64,000 nt of DNA from Nitrosopumilus sp. (GCA_965223425.1 OZ245003.1:160001-224000), one strand, 5' to 3'. Positions 19,017 through 28,638 are shown, counted from the stretch's first letter. A program made the numbers and translations. The notes: generated by a model from the letters alone, not told the origin.

Positions 19017-19340
19017 TGTATAGTCCAAAAAGTAGTTCACCCCTTCTCCGAGTATGTAAAGTCGATAAAGAACAGGCGCACCGTAGTTTGTTGCATAACT
19101 TGGATCCTAGGCACAAAATTTACCCAACTTTTGACTGGCTTGGGCATGTTATGCAACAAACTAGAGTATGTCGACTATTACAACGAGAGGCGGCTCCACT
19201 GGGCACTGGATATTGACAACTATGAAAAGCCGCTTGAGGCGTTTCACAACAAAACGGCTACTGAAGCGATCAGAAAAAGCAACCCAAAATGGATGGAAGA
19301 GGAGGCAGACGTTAGTGAGACCTAATTTTCATATAATACA
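19017..19340 (+). mobile_element. internally deleted IS481-like element
   Basis: TGTATAGTCC... left end; EYVDYYNERRLHWALDIDNYEKPLEAFHNKTATEAIRKSNPKWMEE; ends ...ATATAATACA. Confidence 0.8.
19084..19163. mobile_element. 80-bp MITE with perfect 16-bp terminal inverted repeats
   Basis: TAGTTTGTTGCATAAC (19084-19099) / GTTATGCAACAAACTA (19148-19163). Confidence 0.8.
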
Positions 19341-19394
19341 ATGGTCAAGAAATCTGATTAGGTTCAAATACTAGAAAAACTGTGAAAACATCAA

Positions 19395-19952
19395 ATGGAC
19401 AAAGAACGTGTAAAAAAACTTGTAAGAGAACTGATTATTGAAGTTGGTGAGGATCCTACTCGTGAAGGGCTACGGGAAACCCCCGAAAGAATTGCAAATA
19501 TGTACAAAGAAATCTTTGGAGGATATGATTATGATTCAGAATTATCAGTACAATTCTTAGAAGACTCTGATGTTGTTATAGCGCGCGATATCCAATTTTA
19601 TTCAATGTGTGAGCACCATATGTTGCCATTCTTTGGCAAAATCCATATTGCTTATTTGCCAAATGGCAGAGTTTTTGGAATATCAAAACTTGTCAGACTA
19701 GTTGAAAAATATTCAAAAAGATTGCAAATTCAGGAACGACTAACTAAGAATATTGCTGATGAACTATATGCCCAGGGAGTTAAAGGCGTTGTAGTCTTTG
19801 CCGATACGGAACATCTTTGTATGAAAATGCGTGGGGTTAGAAATAACGCAATGCTTTCCTCGGCTGCATTTAGAGGAATTTATGAAAATCAAAAAGAAAA
19901 AGAAAGCATAATGACACTTATCAGAAAACGATCTACGGATTCATATTTCTAG
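19395..19952 (+). CDS. folE: GTP cyclohydrolase I
   Basis: REGLRETPER, SMCEHH, GISKL, RLQIQERLT, HLCMKMRG. Confidence 0.96.
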   Translation: MDKERVKKLVRELIIEVGEDPTREGLRETPERIANMYKEIFGGYDYDSELSVQFLEDSDVVIARDIQFYSMCEHHMLPFFGKIHIAYLPNGRVFGISKLVRLVEKYSKRLQIQERLTKNIADELYAQGVKGVVVFADTEHLCMKMRGVRNNAMLSSAAFRGIYENQKEKESIMTLIRKRSTDSYF

Positions 19953-19982
19953 GCATACTGAAAAATTAAATAATCAATAATT

Positions 19983-20234
19983 TTGGTGAAAGTTATGGGA
20001 ACTCATGACAATATACACATTCCAAGAGAGTCATTTCCTCACTGGATATGGTATGCAATTGAGTGTGCTATTGTTGGTGCAGTCTCTTTCTTAGTATCAA
20101 GAGAAATTACTGATTCTATTGCTGATCTTACACCAGAAATACAGAACTATGTGTTTATAGGACTAGTAGGAGTATTCTTCCTAATCTGGTATATTGGAAT
20201 TAGAGGATTTGTTCTAAAAAAGAAAATTCTTTGA
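19983..20234 (+). CDS. small two-TM membrane protein
   Basis: Two hydrophobic segments. Confidence 0.75.
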   Translation: MVKVMGTHDNIHIPRESFPHWIWYAIECAIVGAVSFLVSREITDSIADLTPEIQNYVFIGLVGVFFLIWYIGIRGFVLKKKIL

Positions 20235-20242
20235 AACAGTTA

Positions 20243-20923
20243 CTAGGATTGTTTAAGATACCTTGTTTTATCCATAATTCCAGCTTTATGAAATGCAATC
20301 TTTCTGTTATTGCAAGACTCGCAAACACCGCAATGATATTTTTTATTTGAATAACAACTCCAGGTTTTAAAAATAGAATTTCCTAAAACTTTTACGCCTT
20401 TCTTTAGCAGATCACTCTTTGATAATCCTTCACGATATGGTGACCAGATCTCAATACTTTTTCGTAACTTTGAATTGATTCCGTCAATTTCTCCCTGATT
20501 AAATGCAGCTTCTAATTTTTTTGCAAAAGGCGGCCTACAATCAGGATAGTGTTTATCTCCAGTATGGGCCCCATATACAACCAATGGCGCATCAAGTGTA
20601 AAAGCCCACGCTGAGGCAATTGATAGAAACACAGCGTTCCTAATTGGAACTACAATGGAATATTCAAATTTACTAGGAATTTTTCTTTTTGTGCTTGTTA
20701 AAACGTTTGAATCCCCGTACAATTCTTTCATAAAACCGATATCAATAATTTTGTGCTGTTTTAATCCCAGTTTCTTTGCAAAAGATTTTGCCGCTATAAC
20801 TTCACAACTTGCCTTTTGTCCATATGAAAATGTAATTCCATATAGCTCATACTTTGATTTCAAAAATGAAACTGCGCAAACAGAATCAACCCCTCCGCTA
20901 AATACAATGACTGCTTTTTTCAT
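20243..20923 (-). CDS. queC: 7-cyano-7-deazaguanine synthase
   Basis: SGGVDS, VPIRN, YPDCR, TWSCY..HCGVCESC. Confidence 0.95.
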   Translation of the reverse strand: MKKAVIVFSGGVDSVCAVSFLKSKYELYGITFSYGQKASCEVIAAKSFAKKLGLKQHKIIDIGFMKELYGDSNVLTSTKRKIPSKFEYSIVVPIRNAVFLSIASAWAFTLDAPLVVYGAHTGDKHYPDCRPPFAKKLEAAFNQGEIDGINSKLRKSIEIWSPYREGLSKSDLLKKGVKVLGNSIFKTWSCYSNKKYHCGVCESCNNRKIAFHKAGIMDKTRYLKQS

Positions 20924-20932
20924 AAAATTCCC

Positions 20933-21859
20933 TCAAGATTTTTTCTTGTCTATTGCACCCTTGCTAGGTTTACAAATTATTGTCTGACATTCTGTTTTTT
21001 TAGATGCAAATCCACTTGACATCGCCGAACTAATTTTTTTCATATCTGCAGAATTTTTTGAAAATGCAATTACTGAAGGACCTGCACCGCTTATTGTAAC
21101 ACCCAATGCTCCTGCCTTTAGGGCATTTTGCTTAACTTTAGCGAATCCTGGAATCATATGCTGTCTTGCAGGTTCAACTATCACATCCTTAATCGAATTA
21201 CCAATCAACTCCGGATCTTTTCTCATAAACCCTGCCACAATTCCTGACGCATTTGACAAATTCAAGATACTGTCAGTTAACTTGATCTTCTTTGGAATTA
21301 CCCCTCTTGATGCTTTTGTCTTCTTTTCTGGAACGCCAATACTTGGAACTGCAACACACATTCTGAGATTTGTTGGTGGCTCTATTTTGATCACGTCTAA
21401 AGGATTTGTCTTTACAATCACAAATCCTCCTAACACGGAAGCTGCAACATTGTCATAATGAACTGAACCTGCACTAGCTTTTTCACCGGAACCTGCAAAT
21501 TCAATTAATGAGTTTTTGTCAAGCTCAAGCATAAATAGCCTATCAAATGCTACTGCAGCCGCCGCAGCAGATGCTGCACTGCTTCCCATTCCAAACCCTG
21601 CAGGAATTCCTTTTTTAATTTTGATCTCAATACCACTTTTGATCTTGAATTTTTTTTTCATGTTTTTTACAACCAACCCCGCAGTATTATTTGCAGGATC
21701 TGTGGGAACATTGTCGTCTGTAATTATTGCAATTCCACTTTTTGTCTTAGTCAGCGTCACTTCATCATAGAATGCGTCCATTGCTAATCCGAACACATCA
21801 AACCCTGGGCCTAGATTTGCTGTAGATGAGGGTGCCTTTATCGTAATCTTTGATGCCAA
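20933..21859 (-). CDS. thrB: homoserine kinase
   Basis: PSSTANLGPGFD, GFGMGSSAAS, HYDN, SGAGPS. Confidence 0.95.
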   Translation of the reverse strand: MASKITIKAPSSTANLGPGFDVFGLAMDAFYDEVTLTKTKSGIAIITDDNVPTDPANNTAGLVVKNMKKKFKIKSGIEIKIKKGIPAGFGMGSSAASAAAAAVAFDRLFMLELDKNSLIEFAGSGEKASAGSVHYDNVAASVLGGFVIVKTNPLDVIKIEPPTNLRMCVAVPSIGVPEKKTKASRGVIPKKIKLTDSILNLSNASGIVAGFMRKDPELIGNSIKDVIVEPARQHMIPGFAKVKQNALKAGALGVTISGAGPSVIAFSKNSADMKKISSAMSSGFASKKTECQTIICKPSKGAIDKKKS

Positions 21860-22618
21860 CTAGTCTTCTACCTCTTCACCTAAGTTAAGAATTCTGCTCA
21901 GAGCGCCCTCCAGACTCACAAAACCTTCTCCTGTAACATTTGAAACTGGAATCAGCCCCTGTGCAAATCCACTAAGATTCAAACCACGTAAAATATTTGT
22001 AGTCAATGTATAGGTATCCCCGTCTGCCTCTTTAGCAATAGCATCTTCTAATCTACTCAAACTTGTTGACCATTGTAGTATATCTTTTAGTTTACCGCCA
22101 ATAAGATCTGTTTTTGTTAATACATTAACAGTTGGCAAATTCAAACGTAATCTTATTGATGTTGCAAGAAGTGCAATTGAAACAAAATTTACTGGCGAAG
22201 TAATCAGTGATCCATCAAAAAGAAAGATACTTGTTTTTTCTTCTGATGTGATATTCTCTACAAGAAAACGTCCGCTGGAACGATATGCAAACAATTCGAT
22301 CTGGCCTGGCGTATCCACAATTAGATAATCTGGATTTACTCTGTTTACTTCATTTTGAATGTCATCAATTTTTGATGCGATCAGATCTGCTGCCATTATT
22401 AAAGCTCCATTCGGACCAAGATCATATTGTTGCATTATAGATACAATGTCGACAAAGTCTCTAACATCTACATCACAAGCATATGGCAGACTTTCTACAC
22501 CTGGATCTAAATTCAATACGGCAGTAAATGCACTATTTTTTGTATAGTATTCATATAATTTTGATGTGAGCAATGATTTTCCTGAACCTGCAGTGCCAGA
22601 AACAAAAATTGTTTTCAA
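21860..22618 (-). CDS. GPN-loop GTPase
   Basis: GTAGSGKS, NLDPG, LGPNG, DTPGQIE. Confidence 0.93.
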   Translation of the reverse strand: MKTIFVSGTAGSGKSLLTSKLYEYYTKNSAFTAVLNLDPGVESLPYACDVDVRDFVDIVSIMQQYDLGPNGALIMAADLIASKIDDIQNEVNRVNPDYLIVDTPGQIELFAYRSSGRFLVENITSEEKTSIFLFDGSLITSPVNFVSIALLATSIRLRLNLPTVNVLTKTDLIGGKLKDILQWSTSLSRLEDAIAKEADGDTYTLTTNILRGLNLSGFAQGLIPVSNVTGEGFVSLEGALSRILNLGEEVED

Positions 22619-23005
22619 TTCTGTCTGCTTTTCTTTCTTTGCTTATATTTCAAACTAGCTTGATCATCGTATTCTCTTAGAAAATGCCAAATTAGTCTTA
22701 AAAAATATGGTAAAATTCCACTTGATCTTTAACTGATCGAGTTTTATTCTATTCATGATTCAAAACGCATCTGAAAAAGAAGCGCATCTTGAAGATCTTG
22801 TAGTAAAACTACTTTGAGAAAGACATTTTTCAGATTATAATATGTTGGATTCATTATTTACCGAGATTAAAGAAGAGCTGCAAAATACTCATAAAAATAC
22901 CAGTCAACCATTCTCTGACATTTTCGTGCCTAATTTTAGGCGTGAAATTTTTGGTGATTGCAAATTTGTCAACTTTATTATTTGATCCCTCAAAAAATTC
23001 ATCAA

Positions 23006-24022
23006 ATGAACTGGAGACTGGCGGTAATACCTGTTACCTTAATTCCCATTTTTATTATTGCTATTCAATTTGACATCCAATTAGAAGATGTCTTGGCAAT
23101 CGGGCTCTTTCCGTTTGTTGGCGCAGTTATTGCAATGTTGATTAAACTAGGTCTTCAGGGAGTAAAATTTGCGTACATTGCAAGAAAATATCTTGGCAGT
23201 TTTGACTCTTTTTGGAAACTAATTGGTGTTAGAGTTGGAAGTGAATTTATCAAATTTACAACTCCGATGTTTGTTGGTGCAGAATTTATTGTAATATATT
23301 ATTTACATAAAAAAGGAGTAAAACCTTCAAAATCAACTTGGATTGCCATCATGGATATCGTAACTGAAGTACTTGCAGCTGGATTGCTGTCCATAATGGC
23401 AGGAATCATTGCTTTGATGAATGAAGCATACGTAGTTGCGACTGTTATCTTAGGTACTAGTATTACCATAACATCTTTGTGGATGGTAATATTCTTCTTG
23501 TCTTCCAAGCGTACATTCCACGTTCCAAAAGTATTGGCAAGCCTTACTAGAAAATTTGGAAAAGAAAAAGGTGCTAAATACATTGATAAAACAAATTCTT
23601 GGATAGAAGAAATCTGTATCATGAGCAGACAAAATCTAAGAACCTCTGAATCTAAAAAAATCTTCACGGTATCTTTTCTGTTTTCACTTGTATCTTGGGC
23701 ATTCTATGGAATATCATTTATGATCATTGCGATGGGAACAGGATATGTGATCAATGCATTTGACTCTATAATGGCAGTTATGGGTGCAAATGCAATAGGA
23801 AACCTGCCAATTACTGTAGGTGGTTCTGGCTTGGCCGAATTTGGAATTGTGGCATTTCTTAATAATCTAAATCCTTTTGACTTTGATATTCCTGCAGGAA
23901 CTGTTGCCTGGGATGCAGTTATTGGTTGGAGAATTGCAACATATTACGTTCCAATCTTGATTACATGGTTACTCTTGGTAAAATTAGCCTTGAGTAAGAT
24001 ATCAAAAATACAATCTACATAG
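23006..24022 (+). CDS. flippase-like / lysylphosphatidylglycerol synthase TM-domain protein (UPF0104)
   Basis: Multi-TM; PITVGGSGLAE, WRIATYY. Confidence 0.85.
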   Translation: MNWRLAVIPVTLIPIFIIAIQFDIQLEDVLAIGLFPFVGAVIAMLIKLGLQGVKFAYIARKYLGSFDSFWKLIGVRVGSEFIKFTTPMFVGAEFIVIYYLHKKGVKPSKSTWIAIMDIVTEVLAAGLLSIMAGIIALMNEAYVVATVILGTSITITSLWMVIFFLSSKRTFHVPKVLASLTRKFGKEKGAKYIDKTNSWIEEICIMSRQNLRTSESKKIFTVSFLFSLVSWAFYGISFMIIAMGTGYVINAFDSIMAVMGANAIGNLPITVGGSGLAEFGIVAFLNNLNPFDFDIPAGTVAWDAVIGWRIATYYVPILITWLLLVKLALSKISKIQST

Positions 24023-24043
24023 AAACCACTTCCTCCTGTAGAA

Positions 24044-24154
24044 TCATACCGGATAATCCCCCACCCGTTTTATCAAACCTTCCTTGTCATAGCGACAAAT
24101 CCAATTTGCAATCATATGTGGGTCACAAAAGCACAGTGATGCTACTTCGGACAC
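24044..24154 (-). pseudogene. possible IS630-like transposase HTH remnant
   Basis: VSEVASLCFCDPHMIANWICRYDKEGL resembles IS630 N-terminal HTH; no start codon context. Confidence 0.4.
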
Positions 24155-24442
24155 TCATAAATGATGACTTTGTTCTCTTTCAAATCTCCATGCATTAAAT
24201 TCTACAAATTCATATTTTCCATCTATTTTCTCTCGTACATTGCCCATAACACTTGATTTTCCGGTACCCCAACCACCAAAAATTCCAACTGTGTATGGTG
24301 GTTCTGAATTTAATATAATGTTGTAAATTGTATCAACATAATCATCATAGTTTAAGGCTAATTTTCCAATTTTTGGTTTATCATTAAAAATTTGATATTG
24401 ATCTTGAGATCTTGTTGGAATATGTCCCATTGGTAATGCCAT
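24155..24442 (-). pseudogene. KAP-family P-loop NTPase, N-terminal fragment only
   Basis: PYTVGIFGGWGTGKSS Walker A and VEFNAWRF; ends after 95 aa. Confidence 0.85.
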
Positions 24443-24534
24443 GCAAAGTTATTTTCTCATAACATAATAAAATTAACTAATTATTTTTAAAATAATTTAG
24501 ATCACTAAAAATATTGGATATTTCTCACTAAATT

Positions 24535-25134
24535 ATGGAAACAATCAAACCAATCAATCATTCCAAAGAAATTATCATTGACAGTCTAGCTTTCAACGTT
24601 TTTGATAATTCTGATGCATTTAGAGAAAATGCTGATGGAAAACACATTTCTCTTGCGTTATTTGAAGATCCAAAACATTTGAAGGAAACTACACTAAAAC
24701 TACTACGACTTCATCTTAAAGAATCAAATTGTAAATCTGTTATAGGATTTACTGATAATGATCCATATTTGATTGTTTTAGCAACTCAAGCAAGTTTAAA
24801 CGAAAATTTACCACTTTATCTATATGATTTAGAAAATGATGCAGGAGCATTTAGTCAATTTATCAGACCCGAGATTGTTCCATGTTCTTTGATAATTCCT
24901 TATTCTGTAAACAAAACCCATGTTTTAGAAATTATTGAGATGTTTTCTCAACAAAAAGTTCCAATTTCCCAAGTCATTTCAATAATTGATGAAAATCCAT
25001 CAAAAACTAATTTTTCAGACAAAGATTTTGAATTTGTATCCATTTGTGATTGGAATTCTCTAAAAAATAGAATGAATCATTATCAAAACATTACAAAAGA
25101 GAAAATGGATCGCTTATTGGCAAATTTTGGCTAA
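24535..25134 (+). CDS. divergent, probably inactive type I phosphoribosyltransferase-fold protein
   Basis: PRTase-like order of motifs (SVIG..LATQAS..LPLYL..SLII..VISIID) but no DD-x-x-T-G PRPP loop. Confidence 0.55.
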   Translation: METIKPINHSKEIIIDSLAFNVFDNSDAFRENADGKHISLALFEDPKHLKETTLKLLRLHLKESNCKSVIGFTDNDPYLIVLATQASLNENLPLYLYDLENDAGAFSQFIRPEIVPCSLIIPYSVNKTHVLEIIEMFSQQKVPISQVISIIDENPSKTNFSDKDFEFVSICDWNSLKNRMNHYQNITKEKMDRLLANFG

Positions 25135-25322
25135 AATGATCAATTCTGTAAAAATTGAGCACTTTGAGTCAAATGAGTCTGACTTCACCCATTTAGATCA
25201 TATATGGTCTTGTAATACATCAAGTTGATGAGGCAAGGGGGCAATCTTGATTATTGTATCCATAACCGTTTTCTCTCATTATTAGATTTGAAAATTAATA
25301 TTGACTGGAGGTCTTTTACTCA

Positions 25323-25946
25323 ATGATGACCCTTTCGTCTGATTTTGAAACTGATAAACAAAGATTAGCCGATTTACTAGTGGAAACTAAAGCATTTCAA
25401 TATTCACCAGAAAAACCATTTCAATTAGCATCTGGAGCAACCAGTCCATATTACTTTGATCTAAAATTACTAAATGGACATCCAGAAGGAATCAATACAG
25501 TTGCCAAAGTATTCTATCATTTAATCAAACAATACCCTGATGTAGAAGCAGTTGGCGGTTTAGAATCTGGTTCAATCTCGATTGCAACAGCAGTTTCACA
25601 ATTAAGTTACTTTGAACATGAAAAAGATCCTTCAAATCCTTTAATCACATCATTCTTTGTGCGTAAAGCACCAAAGAAACATGGAACTCAAAAATTAATT
25701 GAAGGAAGAGTTAATTCCCCAGTAGTTATCATTGATGATGTAATCACTAGTGGAATGTCTGCAATAATTGCAGTACATGCAGTTGAAGAAATGGGATATG
25801 AGTGTAAATCTCTAATGTCTATAATTTTTAGAGGAACTAAAGAACATCGTCAAAATGTCGAAAAAGAAAGTACATTACAGTATATCTTCCACAAAGATCA
25901 ATTCATTGAAGAATTCAAAAAACAATTCAAAGAATTAACTGCATAA
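25323..25946 (+). CDS. orotate phosphoribosyltransferase-like protein (accessory copy)
   Basis: FQLASGATSPYYFD, VGGLESG, VRKAPKKHGT, IIDDVITSG. Confidence 0.88.
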   Translation: MMTLSSDFETDKQRLADLLVETKAFQYSPEKPFQLASGATSPYYFDLKLLNGHPEGINTVAKVFYHLIKQYPDVEAVGGLESGSISIATAVSQLSYFEHEKDPSNPLITSFFVRKAPKKHGTQKLIEGRVNSPVVIIDDVITSGMSAIIAVHAVEEMGYECKSLMSIIFRGTKEHRQNVEKESTLQYIFHKDQFIEEFKKQFKELTA

Positions 25947-25999
25947 TCAATTTCCTAAAAAAATAAAGGGAAAGGTTGTTTTAATTTCTAAAAAATCAA

Positions 26000-26640
26000 A
26001 ACTTCCTAATTGATTCCGTATTTTGATTTTAATGACTTCAAACCTTCATTTTCAAAGAAATAGCTAGTAATTTTCCTAGTTTTCCATTTCTTGAAATATT
26101 TCAAACTTTTTTCTTTCCTTGAAATTTATCTTCAACAATGTTTGTCAAAGAATTTGGTGAAAGTTTGGTATCAAATTCATCAAAGACAAAGGTTTTACTG
26201 TTCCACGAATCAAACATACCTGCAAGATTTGTGTTGTTTGTAAGCAAACTCCACAATACAAGTGATTCAATTTCGTTTTCTTTCAGATTCTCAACAAGAA
26301 TTTTGAAGATTACAGCCTCAACTATTGGTGATTGATTTTTGGCGTTGTTTGATGTAGTGTTTCACAACATTTGTTGCATCATCAAAAAATCCAGTATTTT
26401 CAAAAACTCCAAGAAAATCCTCCCAAAGCTCTTGATCACGTCGAATCAAATCTGATTTGAATTCATGTTTTTCTTCCATTCTCTGGATTTTCCAAATCAA
26501 TAGCTTATTTCTCAATGAATTTAGCTCTGATTTCTCATCACGGGTTGCTCTTTTGATATTTTTCAAAGGAGTACCGCTAACCATATTGGATAATGGCCAA
26601 TCTTTCAACAAACCCCTTGTTTCTTGGGAGTTTCTCTCCA
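26000..26640 (-). pseudogene. fragment of an MGE replication-associated protein
   Basis: Frameshifted remnant ...LRNKLLIWK...RRDQELWEDFL.../EAVIFKIL...KLSPNSL; reminiscent of DUF3631-type C-termini. Confidence 0.4.
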
Positions 26641-26683
26641 GCTTTCTGATATTCTAGGTCAAGAATTTAGAAACTAACTGTCA

Positions 26684-26944
26684 GTGAACATGTATGATTT
26701 TGCATTTACAATGCTTTTGAATGAAGCAGTTCTATTTTCACTTGGAAAATCATATAAAAAATTGGCAAACAAGTATTCCCTATTCAAAGAAATTAGAAAA
26801 GATCTCTTACAAGCACATAAAGAATTTACAAATCGTTCAGAACTTATTCCGATGTATTTTTTAACATTGGATAGAACACAACCAGTCCCACCAAATTTAA
26901 TGGAATTCATAGATACTACTCTAAAAGAATTCAAAACTGATTGA
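26684..26944 (+). pseudogene. C-terminal fragment of an unknown gene
   Basis: 86-aa ORF; the same frame upstream is interrupted by TAA at 26675-26677. Confidence 0.4.
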
Positions 26945-27053
26945 TTAGATGGAAATAATATTTGATATTACCTAAATTTGAACCTAAATTTCTATTTATC
27001 CTGTAAAAATCTCCTATAGAAACCACTTTATCTTTAAACGAGTTTTCTGATTT

Positions 27054-27854
27054 GTGGATTTCAAAAATAAAGTAGTTCTAATTACTGGCGCATCATCTGG
27101 AATTGGCAAACAAACTGCAATGGAATTTGCAAAATTAGGTGCAAACATAATTCTAGTTGCGAGAAGAAAAGACAAACTCGAACAAGTTGAAAATGAACTA
27201 AAAGAATTTCCTGTATCTGTACTTGTTTGTCAATGTGATGTTTCAAAAAAAGATCAAGTAAAAGAAATGTCAAAAACAGTTTTAGAAAGATTTGATTCTG
27301 TTGATATTTTGGTGAACAATGCTGGTTTTGCAATATATGGCTCTGTGTCTGATCTTACCATAGATGAAATAGAATCCCAGATGGAGACAAATTATTTTGG
27401 TATGATTTATTGCATCAAAAATTTTCTCCCATCAATGCTAAAGAAAAAATCCGGTCACATAGTAAATGTTGCATCAGTTGCAGCAAGTTTTGGTTTACCC
27501 GGTATTGCCTCATATTGCGCGTCTAAATTTGCCATGCTGGGATTCTCAGAGGGTCTAAAACATGAGTTAAAAGATACTGGAGTTGGAATTACCGTCGTAA
27601 GTCCAATCATGGTTAGAACTGATTTTTTTGATCATCCCTCATTTGAAAGAATGCCACAATACTCCACAACATCACTTAGTGCCAAAACAGTAGCAAAAGC
27701 AATTCTAAAGGCAGCAAACTCCACAAGATTGGAGATCATAGTTCCACCTGTTGTACGTGGTGCAGTATGGATGAAAAATACGTTTCCTTATTTTATCAAT
27801 CCAATACTGGGAAAATCTTTCAAAAAACAGCTAGATGCCACAAAACAAGACTAG
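27054..27854 (+). CDS. short-chain dehydrogenase/reductase
   Basis: TGASSGIG, NNAG, YCASK. Confidence 0.93.
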   Translation: MDFKNKVVLITGASSGIGKQTAMEFAKLGANIILVARRKDKLEQVENELKEFPVSVLVCQCDVSKKDQVKEMSKTVLERFDSVDILVNNAGFAIYGSVSDLTIDEIESQMETNYFGMIYCIKNFLPSMLKKKSGHIVNVASVAASFGLPGIASYCASKFAMLGFSEGLKHELKDTGVGITVVSPIMVRTDFFDHPSFERMPQYSTTSLSAKTVAKAILKAANSTRLEIIVPPVVRGAVWMKNTFPYFINPILGKSFKKQLDATKQD

Positions 27855-27856
27855 TT

Positions 27857-28258
27857 TTATTCTTCTGCATCACCATCATCTGCAGATTCAGAGCCCACAT
27901 CTAGCAATTCTAATGATTTTAGTTCAAATTGATAAACTGCACTCATTTCGATCTCTTTTTCTTTTTCTAGATACTCTGAACACTTTTTGCTTAATGGAGC
28001 TTTATGTTGATCAAAAACAAACTCGTAAACTTCCCCTTTTACCAAATCATCAAGTTTAATTTTTTTTGTTGCATCCATTGTAACTATGTGTCTTCCATCT
28101 TCTACAGGATCATACAACTGTGCATCTATCTTGTTATCTTCATAATAAAATTCCAGAATATATCCGGTCTTTTTCATTTCAGTTGGTTTTTCAAATTTAG
28201 CATTTTGAATTTCATCAGAAATCCAATCAGGAATTTTATCTTCTTTCTTTTTTACCAT
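27857..28258 (-). CDS. hypothetical protein
   Basis: 133-aa ORF, apparent operon with the Zn-ribbon gene. Confidence 0.8.
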   Translation of the reverse strand: MVKKKEDKIPDWISDEIQNAKFEKPTEMKKTGYILEFYYEDNKIDAQLYDPVEDGRHIVTMDATKKIKLDDLVKGEVYEFVFDQHKAPLSKKCSEYLEKEKEIEMSAVYQFELKSLELLDVGSESADDGDAEE

Positions 28259-28270
28259 AATAAATTCACT

Positions 28271-28579
28271 CTAGTTTGCTTGTTTTTCTTTCTTACTTTT
28301 TGACCACCAGTCAAGATAGTCATCATGCTTATCTTCACGTGTTTTCTCTTTTTGATTTAGTTTATACCGAATATCTGAAACTTGTTCTCTTGTTGCATAT
28401 AATCCACATCTTTTACAAATGAAGTGTTTTGTAGCAGAATCCATTTTCATTGGAATTTCAATTTCATCAAATAACTTGTACAAGTCGTCTCTGCCTCTTT
28501 CTTCTTCTGGAGTTTCTGTTTCGTATTTTGCTTGAATCTTCTTTTTCTCTCTTGATGTACATTCTGGACAGTTAGGCAC
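28271..28579 (-). CDS. zinc-ribbon protein
   Basis: CPEC...CKRCG. Confidence 0.8.
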   Translation of the reverse strand: MPNCPECTSREKKKIQAKYETETPEEERGRDDLYKLFDEIEIPMKMDSATKHFICKRCGLYATREQVSDIRYKLNQKEKTREDKHDDYLDWWSKSKKEKQAN

Positions 28580-28638
28580 TGATGATTTGGCTTAATTTTT
28601 TCCATAAAAGCGTTCCCACATTCTTAATTGATCGATAT

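Larger units (their letters stand above)
16437..19340. mobile_element. putative composite transposon carrying AbiE
   Basis: Outer ends TGTAATATACCAAAATCATTTCGC and rc TGTATTATATGAAAATTAGGTCTC; ATGG at 16433-16436 and 19341-19344. Confidence 0.6.
14755..19370. other. variable/accessory region interrupting the queE-folE cluster
   Basis: Gene fragments, locally GC-richer stretches, IS remnants and a TA pair between two preQ0-pathway genes. Confidence 0.8.
24019..27028. mobile_element. ~3 kb decayed integrated element bounded by a 13-bp direct repeat
   Basis: ATAGAAACCACTT at 24019-24031 (includes the upstream gene's stop) and 27016-27028. Confidence 0.7.

Noticed and set aside
18858-19325. 155-aa ORF as a real gene
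   Set aside because: Chimeric read-through of an antisense IS5 remnant, an IS end, a MITE and the IS481-like C-terminus.
14041-20923. Dpd-type 7-deazaguanine DNA modification defence island
   Set aside because: queE/folE/queC look like core genes and no dpdA/tgt paralogue or other dpd gene is present.
22756-22985. Possible frameshifted small gene between the GPN GTPase and flippase-like genes
   Set aside because: Joined frames give no recognisable motif; cannot be supported from sequence alone.
24019-27028. Intact casposon or provirus
   Set aside because: No cas1, polB, integrase, capsid gene or convincing terminal inverted repeats.
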